From positions 15,252,001 through 15,316,000 of the forward strand of contig JBHGNT010000007.1 of assembly GCA_043228905.1 (NCBI GenBank): a stretch of DNA of 64,000 nucleotides. The letters are read 5' to 3'. Every line of letters starts with the position of its first letter. Position 1 is the stretch's first letter. The notes beneath the pieces are model-generated. The model saw only the letters and a list, made by a program, of their open reading frames with translations. It did no database searches and was not told the DNA's origin. Positions 63,501 to 64,000 of this stretch are shown here, piece by piece. Both the position numbers and the translations under genes were made by a program. Origin of the DNA: Azolla caroliniana. Its lineage: Eukaryota > Plantae > Polypodiophyta.

Positions 63501-64000
63501 ACTTATTAATTAGCTAGAATTAAAATAGGGATGGACCGGTTTGGAAGAGTTGAACCAATCCGGATCCGAATCGATTCGTAGCAGGTTGCCGAGATGACAC
63601 CGTTTTGTAAACAGAACCAGATGCCTATAAAAGGATCTAGAGAACGATGTATTAAACGACAGAATAAATATACGTAAAGAGTTCTTGGGATTACTGTGTA
63701 TTGACTTACTCTCCATTCTGTGCTTACTGTATTATCTTACACGTGTGACCAATCTGTATATGTTGTTAATCCGGAATCGATCCGGAAACAGTTGGATAAA
63801 GCTAGAATTGTGTCGGAAGCATAGACCCCGAAACCACCCCTTTCGTAAAGTGATCCAAAAGGATACCCTATATTAGTGGCTAGTCCAGCCCTGGATTAAC
63901 ACCGCAAACTTGCACCAAGGTCCAAAAAATGTATCTTTCTTGGTTATGGACCAGATGGTGAAATCGGCTGCCAACTCTAGGACCCCGAGCATAGCTTGAT

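Larger units (their letters stand above)
52527..63901 (+). mobile_element. Non-chromoviral Ty3/Gypsy element H (older relative of C)
   Basis: LTRs 52527-52964 and 63429-63901 (visibly more diverged than those of C); TSD CAGCA/CCGCA; PBS TGGCGACCAC 52971-52980; gag-pol ~53016-60430 with RNase H deleted at ~58998; extra ORF ~60900-63375. Confidence 0.92.
44199..64000 (+). mobile_element. Old Ty1/Copia element I (continues beyond window), interrupted by J and H
   Basis: LTR ending CCCAACA 44528 (start ~44199 uncertain); PBS TGGTATCAGAGC 44531-44542; decayed gag 45223-46020 and protease WLLD ~46147; integrase pieces 51876-52526 and 63902-64000 (RKLAPRSKKCIFLGYG). Confidence 0.85.

Overview
Eukaryotic (land-plant) genomic DNA; the retroelement types suggest a non-seed plant such as a fern, lycophyte or bryophyte (inference). 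There is one host gene, a two-exon RabA5/Rab11-type GTPase (1075-2822). It is followed by a ~58 kb nest of decayed LTR retrotransposons that can be ordered from their LTRs and target-site duplications (TSDs). Host element F (Ty3/Gypsy, iMet primer-binding site (PBS), 5' LTR 5808-6282) contains chromovirus A (6874-37611), minus-strand chromovirus G (39258-43336) and Copia I (from ~44199, runs off the window). A contains a solo LTR of family B (7505-8296) and non-chromoviral Gypsy C (8499-32729). C contains full-length B (15085-22359), solo LTR D (23304-24056) and chromovirus E (24113-30321). I contains Copia J (46606-51870) and H (52527-63901, a relative of C). H contains non-autonomous K (55828-57547). 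Most interesting signals: (1) C and H have no polypurine tract (PPT); in its place, 2 nt before the 3' LTR, is a conserved sense copy of a tRNA-Arg-like 3' end ending in CCA, i.e. a second, inverted PBS, a candidate for tRNA-primed plus-strand synthesis. (2) Several otherwise dissimilar LTR families start with an antisense tRNA-like A-box/B-box module; in A, E and G it is followed by phased heat-shock elements, a TATA box and a Tf1-type self-priming sequence. (3) All three 4-bp TSDs are centred on CpG. tRNA identities and lineage names come from recall and need database confirmation.
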